Positions 38,258-49,698 of a stretch of 64,000 bases of DNA are shown here, in pieces. The notes under the pieces were generated by a model. It saw only the letters and a list, made by a program, of their open reading frames with translations. It was not told the origin of the DNA and searched no databases. Made by a program: the position numbers and the translations under genes. The DNA lies in contig NC_057718.1 of the NCBI RefSeq assembly GCF_004010195.1, positions 38,901,263 to 38,965,262 of the forward strand, read 5' to 3'. The stretch is from Chiloscyllium plagiosum. Its lineage: Eukaryota. Every line of letters begins with the position of its first letter. The first letter of the stretch is position 1.

Positions 38258-39759
38258 GTAAATTAATAGATTCACTTTTATTTGAACATATAACATTCCC
38301 TTTATAACTTAAACCTGACTTCTAATTACGACACTTTTTTTTTGTTTTTGGACTTTATCCTGTAAGTTATTGAAGGGCAATATTTATATTTTAGTGACTA
38401 ACATGGTAACACTTCATTAATTATTTTGTTCAAAGTTATATAAGCAATTTTCAAAGCTTACACCTTGAAAAGTGATGTATTTGGAATTTTTGATGAAACA
38501 CTGATTTTGTATGATCAATCTGCTCTCTGTCACGCTGTTAACATGATTCTGGTTTCTGTAGTTTTCCCACAAACTGTTATGGGTCATTCAGCTCATTTAT
38601 GCTGGGTCTTGCTGTATTCATCCTGGCTATTGTGTTACACCAATAGTAAGTTATTGAAACTAAAATGCTTTGAACGAAGGTAATTTTTACAACAGTGGGA
38701 CTAAAAGAGATATGGCAAGATAAAAAAACTCTTGACATAGCTGAAGATTTGATGTTGTTTCTATCATTTTAGATATTTTGTTTCTCTTTGGTTGTCTTTA
38801 ATTTCAAGCCCCTCTGGCCCTTTTAAATGGCTGCTGCCTTTGAACTGCTACACCAAAGTGGCATTCCATTCCCTCCAAGGGAATAAAAATGTAGCTCGAT
38901 CTGGCCCTGTGTATCAAGTTAAATGCCTTCTAGAAAAATGCAGCGATTCTCTGTCAGTGACCCTATCATGTTTCCAGAAGAAGGAAGAAAGGAAAGTCCA
39001 ACCCCATAATGTCTATTGCCGCCTTCTCACAGCAACATAATTTTCATGTTTACCTGTCATGGATCCCATCATAAAAAGTTTTAACCTGCTCAGTTATGAC
39101 TGGAGTGAGGAAAGTTCCCTTTTTTTGTAAAATAGAAAGTGAGCAAGTTGAAAATAAAGCGCAATTAATACAAGGTGATTTTTATAAAAATGTCTTCACT
39201 TTTCCAAGTGGAAGACTAACTTCAAAAAGATTGAACATTTGTGGAATGTTATTTTTTTTTATTTGCTAGTTTGATTAAAATAAAACCAAACCAGTTGTAG
39301 AGGGGCTAATGATGTGAGGCTTTGATTTGATGGATGAATGATAAACAGCAAGTTATGTTTTGAAGGTACCTACTAACCCAAACCACAACTTTGTTTACAC
39401 CTTTAAGTGTAAAATATGACTTTCACTTACAGAGGAAATCATCAAATTAATAGAATGGTACTTGTCAGTAAAACCAAAAGGCACACTGGGACTTGAGGAT
39501 ACAGCTTAAAAGTAAGGGGGTTCCCACTGAAGATGGAGGTGACAAGAACATTTTTCTCAGTGGGTCATTTGTCTGTGGATAAATACAGAAGTTGCTGGAG
39601 ACTATTGGATGCTGTTCAACAGCATTGCATGATGCTCGCTCAGCATTGCACCACTCCGCTGTTCTACTTCATCCTCGGGCTCATTTGCAATGCTAACAAA
39701 AAACTTTTTATTTTCCTTTCAGGCATCAAAGCACACAATATGCAACAACTCAGAGACAG

Positions 39760-39961
39760 CTGCTGAAAATGTGTTGTTGGAAAAGCGCAGCAGGTCAGGC
39801 AGCATCCAAGGAGCAGGAGAATCAACGTTTTAGGCCTGAAGAAAGGCTCATCCCCGAAATGTCAATTCTCCTGCTCCTTGGATGCTGCCTGATCTGCTGC
39901 GCTTTTCCAGCAACACATTTTCAGCTCTGATCTCCAGCATCTGCAGACCTCACTTTCTCCT
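39760..39961 (+). mobile_element. Nested Penelope-like inverted-repeat terminus
   Basis: gctgaaaatgtgttg.tggaaaagcgcagca... and ...tgctgcgcttttccagcaacacattttcagc are reverse complements. Decayed TSD ca(a/g)ctcagaga. Confidence 0.85.
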
Positions 39962-41125
39962 ACAGCTCAGAGATACCCATGGCCCTCTGGGACCTTCCTT
40001 CCTCTTCCTTCTGACTCCATCCCCTCCCACAACCCCACCTCCTGATGGGTATTCACCATCTCTCCTAACCTTCAGCTCTCCAATGCTGAACGTTTTGCGC
40101 TCAGCAAATGTCTCAGTTTTATCCATTTGCATCCCCACCTTATTGAACTTCAGGCATGACATGACGTAGAACTCTTTCTCTGTCATCTTCACCTCCATGC
40201 CCATTTCTTTGGACAAGAGTCCTCTCCTCATCCCACAGATTCCTTTGCCCAACTTTCTCCACCTGGACCCCTCCCTCTGGCCTGGTACCTGCACTTGATC
40301 TATTCATTGAGAATTGGTTGCCTCAATTTCTCTGACCCCCTTCATCCAAACCAACCTGTCTTCCACAGAACTGACTGCACTCCATGCGCTTATTTCCAAC
40401 CCTGACTTTGTTATTAAGCCTGTCGATAAGGTTGGAGCTGCTGTACTGTGGCGGATCGACCTCTACATTATAGAGGCGGTGCACCAGCTCTCAGATTCCT
40501 CTTCCTATATTCCCCTAGACCATGACTCCAGCATGGAACATCAGGCCATTGTATCAACGACAGTCACTGACCTCATTTCATCTTGTGACTTCCCCTTCCT
40601 ATTACCTCCAAGCTGAGAGTCGTGCAAAAATCCACAAGCAAGCAAGGCTGTCCAAGCAGACCCATTGTTTCTGCCTGCTGCTGCCCCACAGAACTCATCT
40701 CTTCCTACCTTGACTTGGTCTTTTCTCCTCTGGTGCTGTTCCTGCCCACTTACATCCACGTTTCCTCTGATGCTTTATGCTAGTTTTAGAATTTCCACTT
40801 TGCAGGCTCCAGCCACCACCTCTTTATCATGGATGTACAGTCCCTTTCCACATTCATCTCCCACCAGGATGGTCTTTGCTACTTCCTGAAGCAAAGGTCT
40901 GAACCGACACCACCACCACCATCCTCCTCTGCCTGGCTGAGGTCATCCTCACCCTATACAACTTCTCTCTTAACTCCTCTCTTTTCTTCAGGTCAGAGAG
41001 GTGGCCATGGGCATGTGCATTGGGCCACAGTTAAGCCTGTCTCTTCATGGGATACGTGGAACATTCCTTTTTCCAGTCCTAATCTGGCCCCCACCCACAA
41101 ATGAACCAAGGATTCCCCAGCACCA

Positions 41126-41439
41126 TTAGATTAGATTACTTACAGTGTGGAAACAGGCCCTTCGGCCCAACAAGTCCACACCGACCCGCCGAAGCGCAAC
41201 CCACCCATACCCTTACATTTACCCCTTTAACCTAACACTACGGGCAATTTAGCATGGCCAATTCACCTGACCCGCACATTTTTGGATTGTGGGAGGAAAC
41301 CGGAGCACCCGGAGGAAACCCACGCAGACACGGGGAGAATGTGCAAACTCCACACAGTCAGTCGCCTGAGTCGGGAATTGAACCCGGGTCTCTGGCGCTG
41401 TGAGGCAGCAGTGCTAACCACTGTGCCACTGTGCCGCCC
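41126..41439 (-). mobile_element. V-SINE (HE1-like), full length, young
   Basis: Near-identical reverse complement of 48476-48796, with CpGs intact. Confidence 0.95.
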
Positions 41440-41830
41440 ATAATTGTCGACAGGGTCCTCAGCTGAGTCTGACCTATTTCCTACACTTTCCTCCCACAAC
41501 AGTGATAGGATTCCCCTTGTCCTCACCTACCATCCTACCAGCATCCATATCCAGAGGATCATCAGTCACCGTTTCCACCACCTACAACGAGATGCCACCA
41601 AGGGACACATATTCCCCTCTCCTCCCTTGTTCACCTTCCACAGGGACTGTTACCGCTGGGACATACTGGTTCACTCTTCCTTCACTCCCAGCACCACCAC
41701 CACAGCCCCAGGGCATCTTCCCCTGCAACCTTTGAAGGTGTAGCACCTATCTCCTCCCTCCTCAGTATCCAAGGGCCTAACCATATCTCCTGGGTGAAGA
41801 AACACTTTACCTGCACTACACACAATCCAG

Positions 41831-42070
41831 GCAAAAGTGGGTACTGCAGATGCTGGAGATTAGAGTCAAGATTAGAATAGGGTTGGAAAAGCACAGCAAG
41901 TCAGGCAGCATCTAAGCAGCAGGAAAATCAATGTTTCGGACAAAAGCCCTTCATCAGGCTTCATCAGCCCTCATTCCTGATGAAGGGCTTTTGCTCGAAG
42001 CATTGATTTTCCTGCTTCTCAGATGCTGCCTGACCTGCTGTGCTTTTCCAGCACTACTCTAATCTTGACT
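41831..42070 (-). mobile_element. Nested Penelope-like inverted-repeat terminus, 15-bp TSD
   Basis: CTACACACAATCCAG at 41816-41830 and 42071-42085. Two opposed hammerhead-like cores near the centre. Confidence 0.9.
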
Positions 42071-42440
42071 CTACACACAATCCAGTTTACTGCATTCACT
42101 GCTTTACATTGTGGTCTCCTCTACACTGGGGAGATAAAGCATAGACTGTGGACTTCTTCGCAAAATATCTACATTCTGCCTGCAAAAAAAGACCCTGAGC
42201 TTCCAATGCCTGTCACTTTAACACACCACCCAGTTCCCTGGCCAACATCTCTGTCTCAGGCTTGTTGCAGTGCTCCAGTGAAGCTCAGTGCAAGCACATT
42301 TTCCACTTGGGGCTCTGCAGCCCTCTGGATTCAATATTGAGTTCAATAGTTTTAGTGCCTGTACTCCCCCATGTCCTAGCCCCAACCCACACACAGACCT
42401 TGTTATCACATAGTCTGCCATTGCACACTGTTTATTGTTG

Positions 42441-42836
42441 AGGAGAAAGTGAGGTCTGCAGATGCTGGAGATCAGAGCTGGAAATGTGTTGCTGGAAAAG
42501 CGCAGCAGGTCAGGCAGCATCCAGGGAACAGGAGAATCGACGTTTCGGGCATAAGCCCTTCTTCAGGAANNNNNNNNNNNNNNNNNNNNNNNNNNNNNNN
42601 NNNNNNNNNNNNNNNNNNNNNNNNNNNNNNNNNNNNNNNNNNNNNNNNNNNNNNNACCTCTTTCCACCTATCACATTTCTGACGCCCCTCCCCCAAGTCC
42701 CTCCTCCCTACCTTTTATCTTAGCCTGCTGGACAAACTTTCCTCATTCCTGAAGAAGGGCTTATGCCCGAAACGTCGATTCTCCTGTTCCCTGGATGCTG
42801 CCTGACCTGCTGCGCTTTTCCAGCAACACATTTCCA
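42441..42836 (-). mobile_element. Nested young Penelope-like inverted-repeat terminus, 16-bp TSD (contains an N-gap)
   Basis: ACACTGTTTATTGTTG at 42425-42440 and 42837-42852. Arms 42480-42569 and ~42746-42835 are perfect reverse complements. Confidence 0.92.
42745..42781 (+). ncRNA. Minimal type-I hammerhead-ribozyme-like motif
   Basis: CTGAAGA-A-GGGC-TTAT-GCCC-GAAAC-GTC: conserved CUGANGA and GAAA boxes, 4-bp stem II, GUC triplet. Mirror copy on the minus strand at ~42535-42569. Confidence 0.75.
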
Positions 42837-43022
42837 ACACTGTTTATTGTTGTCCATTAATAGTCTCCAAAACAGCTAATCACTCTCCTAGCCTGATTGT
42901 TATCCACTCCTTTGTCTGTCCAACTCTTCTCTCTCTTTGGGCTCCAACCCCACCTATTGTTTACTCCTTACCTCTCCCCACATCCTATCTTCTGCAGATA
43001 AACCAACATTTTTCTAGCTACC

Positions 43023-43068
43023 ATCAGTTCTGAGGAAGGGTCACCGGACCCGAAACATTTACTCTGAT
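43023..43068 (+). ncRNA. Hammerhead-like motif of a second Penelope subfamily
   Basis: atcagtt-CTGAGGA-A-GGGTC-ACCG-GACCC-GAAAC-att..ctctgat. Stem II differs from the other subfamily but still pairs, and flanks atcag/ctgat can form stem I. Confidence 0.65.
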
Positions 43069-43594
43069 TTCTCTTCATGGATGCTGCCAGACTTGCTGAG
43101 CTTTTCCAGCGACTTCTGTTTTTGTTTCTGATTTACAGCAACTGCAGTCCTTTTGTTTTTCCTTAGTCTGTGGAACTTTTTTCCCTAGAGTAGTGGAAGT
43201 AGGATCAGTCAATAATTTTAAGACTGACTTCTTGACTGATAAGGGAGTCAAATGGTTTAGGGAATAGACAGGGAAGTAGACAGCCTGATCATAATTAGAT
43301 TACCCATGATCATGTTAAAAGTGGCGTAGACTCATGGGACCAGAAGGCCAACTCCTGCTCCTGATTGTTATATTAATATGCATACTACATGTTGACTTTA
43401 TATCAGGGAAAAACAATTGGGGATTTAATAAATCTTGTTTGAAACTGAAATAGAATTTCCTTGATTGTCATGATTTTATAATGAATTTTGTTGGTGATTG
43501 TAGTAAAAACAAATAAAATGAGACAAGTAAGTACTTCTCTACTTCAATCTGGATTTACTTGCTTTTGTTTTCTTTTTACTTTCAAATGAAACAG

Positions 43595-43766
43595 ATGAGA
43601 AAACCAAAGGTGTCAGTTCCCAAAAAAGACCTTGCATGTTTGTTGCTGAGTGGAGTGCGCATTTTGTTCTGGTGGTGTCTGACAGAGTCCATGCTTCAAC
43701 TCATGTATATTCATGCAATTCAGCAGCAAGAAACAATATTGGAATCTGCCTCTTACTGGACTTTAG
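43595..43766 (+). CDS. HHAT: HHAT coding exon 6 (MRKPKV...VRILFWWCLTESMLQLMYIHAI...ASYWTL), 172 nt
   Basis: Acceptor aaacag after a T-rich tract, donor gtttgt, phase 0 to 1. Matches RLLCWWWLAELMAHLMYMHAI..SCWTLG. Confidence 0.96.
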
Positions 43767-43886
43767 GTTTGTGCGATATCTGTCACTTTATAATAAAATG
43801 TACAAATGATCTTGTATTGAAGAATATATTATGAGTTGATAGAATAATAAGATTGGACAGCAGTTCTTTGCTTTCACATGAGTGCC

Positions 43887-45097
43887 ATAAGACGCAGGTG
43901 CAGACATAGGCTATTCAGCCCATCGAGTCTGCTCTGCCATTTGATGAGATCATGGATGATCTAAATAGTCCTCATCTGTCTTTCCTCATAAACCTAGAAT
44001 TCCCTTAATGATTAAAGATTTGTCTGTCTCGATGTTGAATAGACATAATGAGCCTGTCTTTACAGCCTGCTATGTAAAGAATTCCACAGACTACAACCCT
44101 CTAAGAGAAGAGAGTCCTCTTCAACTCTGTCTTAAATGGGTGATGCCTTATTCTGAGATAATGCCCTCTGGTTCTAGACTCTCTCACAAGACGAAACAAC
44201 CTCTCAATAGCTCCACTGTCGAGTTCCTAAGAAACCTATGTGTTTCAATAAGGTCACCTCTCACTCTTCTAGATTCTAGTGATGCCAACCTACTCAACTT
44301 CCCATAAGACATTCCCACCAGACCTAAGGTCAACCTAATGAACCTTCTTTGCACTGCCCCCAATGCAATTAAATCTTTCCTTCGTTAGGGATCCCAAAGC
44401 TGTTAACTGTTCACTTTTCCGACTGTTCTCTGTATCATTTTAGTGTTACCTCCCTGATTTGATACTCCATTCCCTTTGAAATTAAGGACAACATTTCATT
44501 TGTCTTCTTTATTACCAGCTGAACTTTTACGTGAGCATTTTGTGACTTTAGCAAGAGGATTCCTAGATTCCTCTGTGCTGTAGTTTTCCACAGTCCTCTC
44601 CATTTAAATTATGTTGAGCTCCTCTATTCTTCTTGCCAAAGTGTTTAGCCTCACATTTTCCCACATAATCCATCTGTCAATTTTTTGCTCACTTGCTTAA
44701 TATCCCTCTGCAAACTCTTTGTGTCATCCACATCACTTGCCTTCCAGCTATTTTTGTGTTATCTGCAAATTTGGCTATAGTTTATTTACTTTCCTCATCC
44801 AATCAGTAATAAATGTTGGGAATAATTGTGGCCCTAGCACTGAACCCTGTTCCACTTCACTAGTTATCATCCTGAAAATGCCCCCCTTTTCATAACTCTC
44901 TGTCTTCTGTGAGACAACTATCTATCCTAGCTAATATACTCCACTGATACCATGAGCTTTTATGCTAAGTAGCCTAAATTATTGTACCTTCTCAACTGTC
45001 TTCTGAAAATCCAAATATATTACATGCACTGCTTCCGCTTTATCCATCCTGCTTATTAGCTCCTCAAAGAATTCTAATAAATTTGTTCAGCGTGATT
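43887..45097 (-). mobile_element. Old CR1 LINE 3' portion
   Basis: Tail (cataagacgcaggtgcagacataggctattcagcccatcgagtctgc) and RT remnants (atctgcaaattt = rc KFAD). Confidence 0.85.
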
Positions 45098-46056
45098 GAA
45101 TCCCTTACAGGTATTTAAACACATACTTATGCTTAATTCTTAATTAGTTCAAAAATTCTGTAAGCATCGTGGTACATTTGGCACATAGTTGGGAGTTCAT
45201 TCAGTTTAGACAATGGACTGAAGCGACTGAAATCAGCAGCACTCCATCACTGATTAAATTCAAATCAACTTGCATACTTCATTTGCTTCTTCTTTCTTGA
45301 AGGTCATATGTCTTCTGTATGGAGCTCATGTATTACATGGGCCTCACTGTGAGCTAACAAAACGTTATAATTGCTCTTTTCCATTGGCGTGGCAATGCCA
45401 TAGAACAAAGGTAGCCTGTTCGTTTTGAACTGAATCTGTAAGTTGTTTTGAACTGAAAGTTTCTACAGTTTAAGTTGATGAAAGAAAGTACTTGCATTTA
45501 AACAGTAGCTGTCACAAACTCAAAATATCCCAAAGTGTTCCACAGCCAGTTAGGTACTTTATGATATATATTTGCAGCGGTTATGTCAGGAAAATTGACA
45601 ATCAGTGTGCACACAGCGAAACCCTCTGAATGCTGTGAATTAAATGGAGAATCAATATGTAGTGATGCTGGTTGAATGGTAATTATTGGGTTTGGACATA
45701 TAAAACGATGTAAATTATTAGTATGGTCTATTTTACAGTTCTGTTATAGCTTGATAGTCGTAAACAGTGAACAGAATCACAACACCAATTTTGTTTATCA
45801 AATGGAAATTCACTTATTTTGATGAGGGAACCACGATTCACCCTTCCTTCCCATGTGCTTTAACTTTATCCCCCTCTCGTCCATCACCTCATTATATTCC
45901 AGTTACCCAACTCTCTTACCACTTCCTTCAGCCTCCCCTTTAGTTTCATTATTCTTCTCTATATAGGACAACAAGCAGTGTCTTATTAAATTTGGTACGT
46001 ATTGCCATTTTCTGTTGAAAGTTATAAGTCATTATTTTCCTACCTTATATATGACT

Positions 46057-46900
46057 TAGAGTCATAGAGTTCGACAGCATGGAAACAGACCCTTCAGACC
46101 AACTTGTGCATGCTGACCAGATATTCTAAACCGATATAATCCCATTTGCCAGCATTTGGCCCATATCCCTCTAAACTCTTCCTATACATGTAATTGTGCC
46201 AGCCTTCACTTTTAAATCTTTTCCCTCTCACCCTAAATCTGTGCCCTCTAGTTTTGGACTTCCCTATCCTGGGAAAAGGATCTTGGCTAATCACCCTATC
46301 AATGCCCCTCATGATTTTGTAAATCTCCATTTGGTCATCCCTCAGTCTCTGATGCTCCAGGGAAAACAGCCCTGGTCTCTTCAGCCTCTCCCCATAGCTC
46401 AAACTCCCCAACCTCAGCAACATGCTTGTAAACCTTTTCTGAACTCTTCCAAATTTCACAATATCCTTTCTGTAGCAGAGAGACCAGAATTGAATGCAAT
46501 ATTCCAAAAGTGGTCTACCAATATCCTGTATAGCTGCAACATGGCCCCTCCCAACTCCTATACTCAATGCACTGACCAATAAAGGCAAGTGTACTGTCAC
46601 TATCCTGTCTACCTTGACTCCACTTTCAAGGAACTATGAGCTTGCACCTCAAGATTTCTTTCTTCGGCAACACTCCCCAGGACCCTACTACTAAGTGTAT
46701 AAGTCCTGCCCTGATTTGCCTCACTAAAATGCAACACCTCACACTTAGCTAGATTAAATACCATCTGCCACTCCTCAGTCCATCAGCCCACCTGACCATG
46801 GTCCCATTGTACTCTGAGATAATCTTCCTCATTGTCCCCTACAACCATCTATTTTGGTGTTATCTGCATTCCTTCTAAATTCACATTCGAATCACTTTCC
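46057..46900 (-). mobile_element. CR1 LINE 3' end (HER1-like)
   Basis: ORF 46094..46600 reads RPLLEYCIQFWS...RVQKRFTSML...FSLEHQRLRDD...KTRGHRFRV. Confidence 0.93.
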
Positions 46901-48475
46901 AATGTCTTGCTGCAAATGCATATTCTGATGAAATAGAGCTGTTGAACAATAACTGTTTACATTTGTATAGTGCCTGATAAAACTGCTACAATTGGGTCTT
47001 GAGTCAAAAATGGAGATGTTGTGAGGGGCAAGCAACAGAATGTTCAAAGAGGTGGATGTCTTTTCACCTGGTCTGAGCTTTCTTTGTATTAAAAGAGGTG
47101 AAACCTGTATTTTGATTTTGAATTAATTTTGACAGGGAAAACAAAGTAATGGTTTTATTCAACGGTTTCTTGTATCTACAGCTGCAGCACATTAAGTGTA
47201 TAGTGCGATTATTTATGCAACTGTGGTATATGAGGGTTTGTAGAGATAAAAAAAACCACCAGGGTTATGTTTCAGTGAGGGAAGGAAGAATTGTGTGCTT
47301 ATAACCTACAGTTGCAGCCGGAAGAGATTGTGGTTTCGGGAGGAGGATTGGGTATGAGGATACTGTCATATTTGATGAATTCATTCCTACAGTTAACTAT
47401 AGCCTTTGGATTGATTGCTCCTGTGATGGTGATCACCATCTCCAACCTCAGTGTGAAGGCCTACAGCTGTGCCCATCTCCTGACTCTTAGATACTCTTGT
47501 TTCTGGTTCTGCAACACTTTGTCCTACAAGAGAGAAGGTAGCATGTCAGTGAGTGTGATGCAGCATGTTTGGGTGATGTGGCTGCCATAATGCAAAGTGT
47601 GAAGCTTGTAGCACTGCTAAGTTTGAGAGGGTGAAGCTGTGAATTTCAGGTAAAATCACGATTGATAGAGATTGTTATTGTGAAGGATGGTATATAGAGC
47701 AGTAAGTGCGATTAGTGACATATTTTGTGAGATATAACATTTGAAGATACTCCCTCCTGCACCAGATGTGTGTCATAACATTGCTGAATAGTTTGATTGG
47801 ATGCTCCCAAAGTTGCGATGGGCCTCACCGGACACGTTGTTCAGTCCTGCCTTAATTCTCACCACAGCCCTTGTTGCTCAGACCCCTATAAGATTCTGAT
47901 CATTATATTATCCACATATTCTTTCAGTGTTCTGGGGAATTATGTTTGGGGATTACAAAAGATTGGATTGAGATTTAGATTAACTTATATATCCTAGAGT
48001 ATTTGTGTATCCACCATGCTATTTGTAAAGTGAGCCTGACAATATAGTCATCTAACTGGTAATGAAATCTTGACAAAACAAGTTACAAAATACAGTATTG
48101 CATCTAACAATATCAGAAGAAAACTCCTTACTTTGAAGGTTAGTAATAAGTTTAAAAATCAAAGATTTGTTGAATAAAAGATCCATACTTGAGAAGGCAA
48201 TCATTTTTAAATTGGACTCAATAGTTTTCCTTTAAAAGAAAGGAGACTGAGCGCACAGTACCAGTTTTTTTTAGTATTCTAAAATGTAGAGTGTAAGATT
48301 CACTTTAATGCAGTTTTGACACTTCTGAGTAAAAGTGCTGTGCTGTGCTGTGTTGGATGCTAGTTGAGTTGAATGCTGACAACTGAAGTGAAAACTGCTA
48401 TAATTTAAAAAAATTAAAAGGTGAACTGAAATGTGCAATATTGTGACCAATAGGTGCAATGTACTCAACTACCTG

Positions 48476-48796
48476 TGGGCGGCACGGTGGCACAGTGGTT
48501 AGCACTGCTGCCTCACAGCGCCAGAGACCTGGGTTCAATACCCGCCTCAGGCGACTGACTGTGTGGAGTTTGCACGTTCTCCCCGTGTCTGCGTGGGTTT
48601 CCTCCGGGTGCTCCGGTTTCCTCCGGTTTCAGTCCAAAGATGTGCAGGTCAGGTGAATTGGCCGTGCTAAATTGCCCGTAGTGTTAGGTAAGGGGTAAAT
48701 GTAGGGGTATGGGTGGGTTGCGCTTCGGCGGGGCGGTGTGGACTTGCTGGGCTGAAGGGCCTGTTTCCACACTGTAAGTAATCTAAGTAATCTAAT
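48476..48796 (+). mobile_element. V-SINE (HE1-like), full length, young
   Basis: tRNA-like head with A/B boxes (tggcacagtgg; ggttcaataccc), V-domain, (taatc)n tail, flanking CTACCTG repeats (48469-48475; 48797-48803). Confidence 0.95.
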
Positions 48797-48930
48797 CTAC
48801 CTGCAAGGAAATGGAGAAAGTCAGCAGTGAGGAAAGCCACAATACAAACAAACGTACCTGGTTCAGAAGACTATGCGGAGTGGGAAAGAGCAGAATAGGA
48901 ATATGTGTAAATAGGTACTCTAATTAGAGG

Positions 48931-49018
48931 AAAGGTCACTGGACCCAAAACATTAACTTTGATTTCTCTTCATGGATGCTGCCAGATTGCTGAGCTTTTC
49001 CAGCAACCTCTGTTTTGT
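48931..49018 (+). mobile_element. Very short Penelope-like 3' terminus, 13-bp TSD
   Basis: CTCTAATTAGAGG at 48918-48930 and 49019-49031. Body matches 43035-43125. Confidence 0.85.
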
Positions 49019-49698
49019 CTCTAATTAGAGGGAATGGGAGGACGGATGATTTGTTGCCTACCTGGGACTAAGATATATTTCGGGGCAGCTGGAGAGGAAC
49101 TTGGAAAGAGAAGGGGGTAATTGAGTTGTCATTGTACATGTTGGACTCATTACCCTACCTATGAACAGGCAAGCAGGATTGCTGAAAGAGTAGCAAGAGT
49201 AAGGCTCTAATTTAAATGCAAGACATTGAAGGTAATTATTTTCAGATTTGGTTTCTAAGGCTTGTGCAAATTGGCACAGGAGCAGATAGATCAAGAGCTA
49301 CGCGGCCAGAGGGTTGGTGTGGGGGAGAAAAGGGTTGCTCTTTTTTTTTTGAGATATTGGCTCCTGTTCTAAGATTGGAAAGAATAATTCTGATGTGGCA
49401 TGCTGAAGAAATGATCAATAGGAGGTGGTAAAGGCTTTAAAATAGTAAGGAGTGTTTTCTCTGGGGATAATACTGACAAAACAGAGCAGGAGGACTTAGG
49501 AGCAAAAGGAAGTAAGAGAGGATATTGATGACAAGACAATAAATAGTTATAGAACAAGGGTCTTAAAAAGTTGATTTAAACATAAAGAGAGCACTATTTA
49601 AACAAGTGGAAGTGTCTGTACAGCAATAAGCACAGTCAAATAAAACAGAGGAGTTGGAGGCAGTCAAGCACTGGGAGCAATAGGCATTACGGAGATAT

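Larger units (their letters stand above)
39580..43165 (+). mobile_element. Decayed Penelope-like element (RT and GIY-YIG remnants) with four nested insertions, itself inside a CR1 3' fragment
   Basis: TSD GTCTGTGGA at 39571-39579 and 43166-43174. Peptides NLSSTELTALHAL..NPDFVIKPVDK, MDVQSL.T.I.H, DRIPLVLTYHP and CGLLYTGEIKHRL (GIY-YIG-like). 3' terminus carries a hammerhead core at 43030. Confidence 0.88.

Noticed and set aside
48476..48560. tRNA gene (A/B boxes); likewise at 41360-41439 and 17630-17700
   Set aside because: These are tRNA-derived SINE heads continuing into the V-domain and tail, with no complete cloverleaf.
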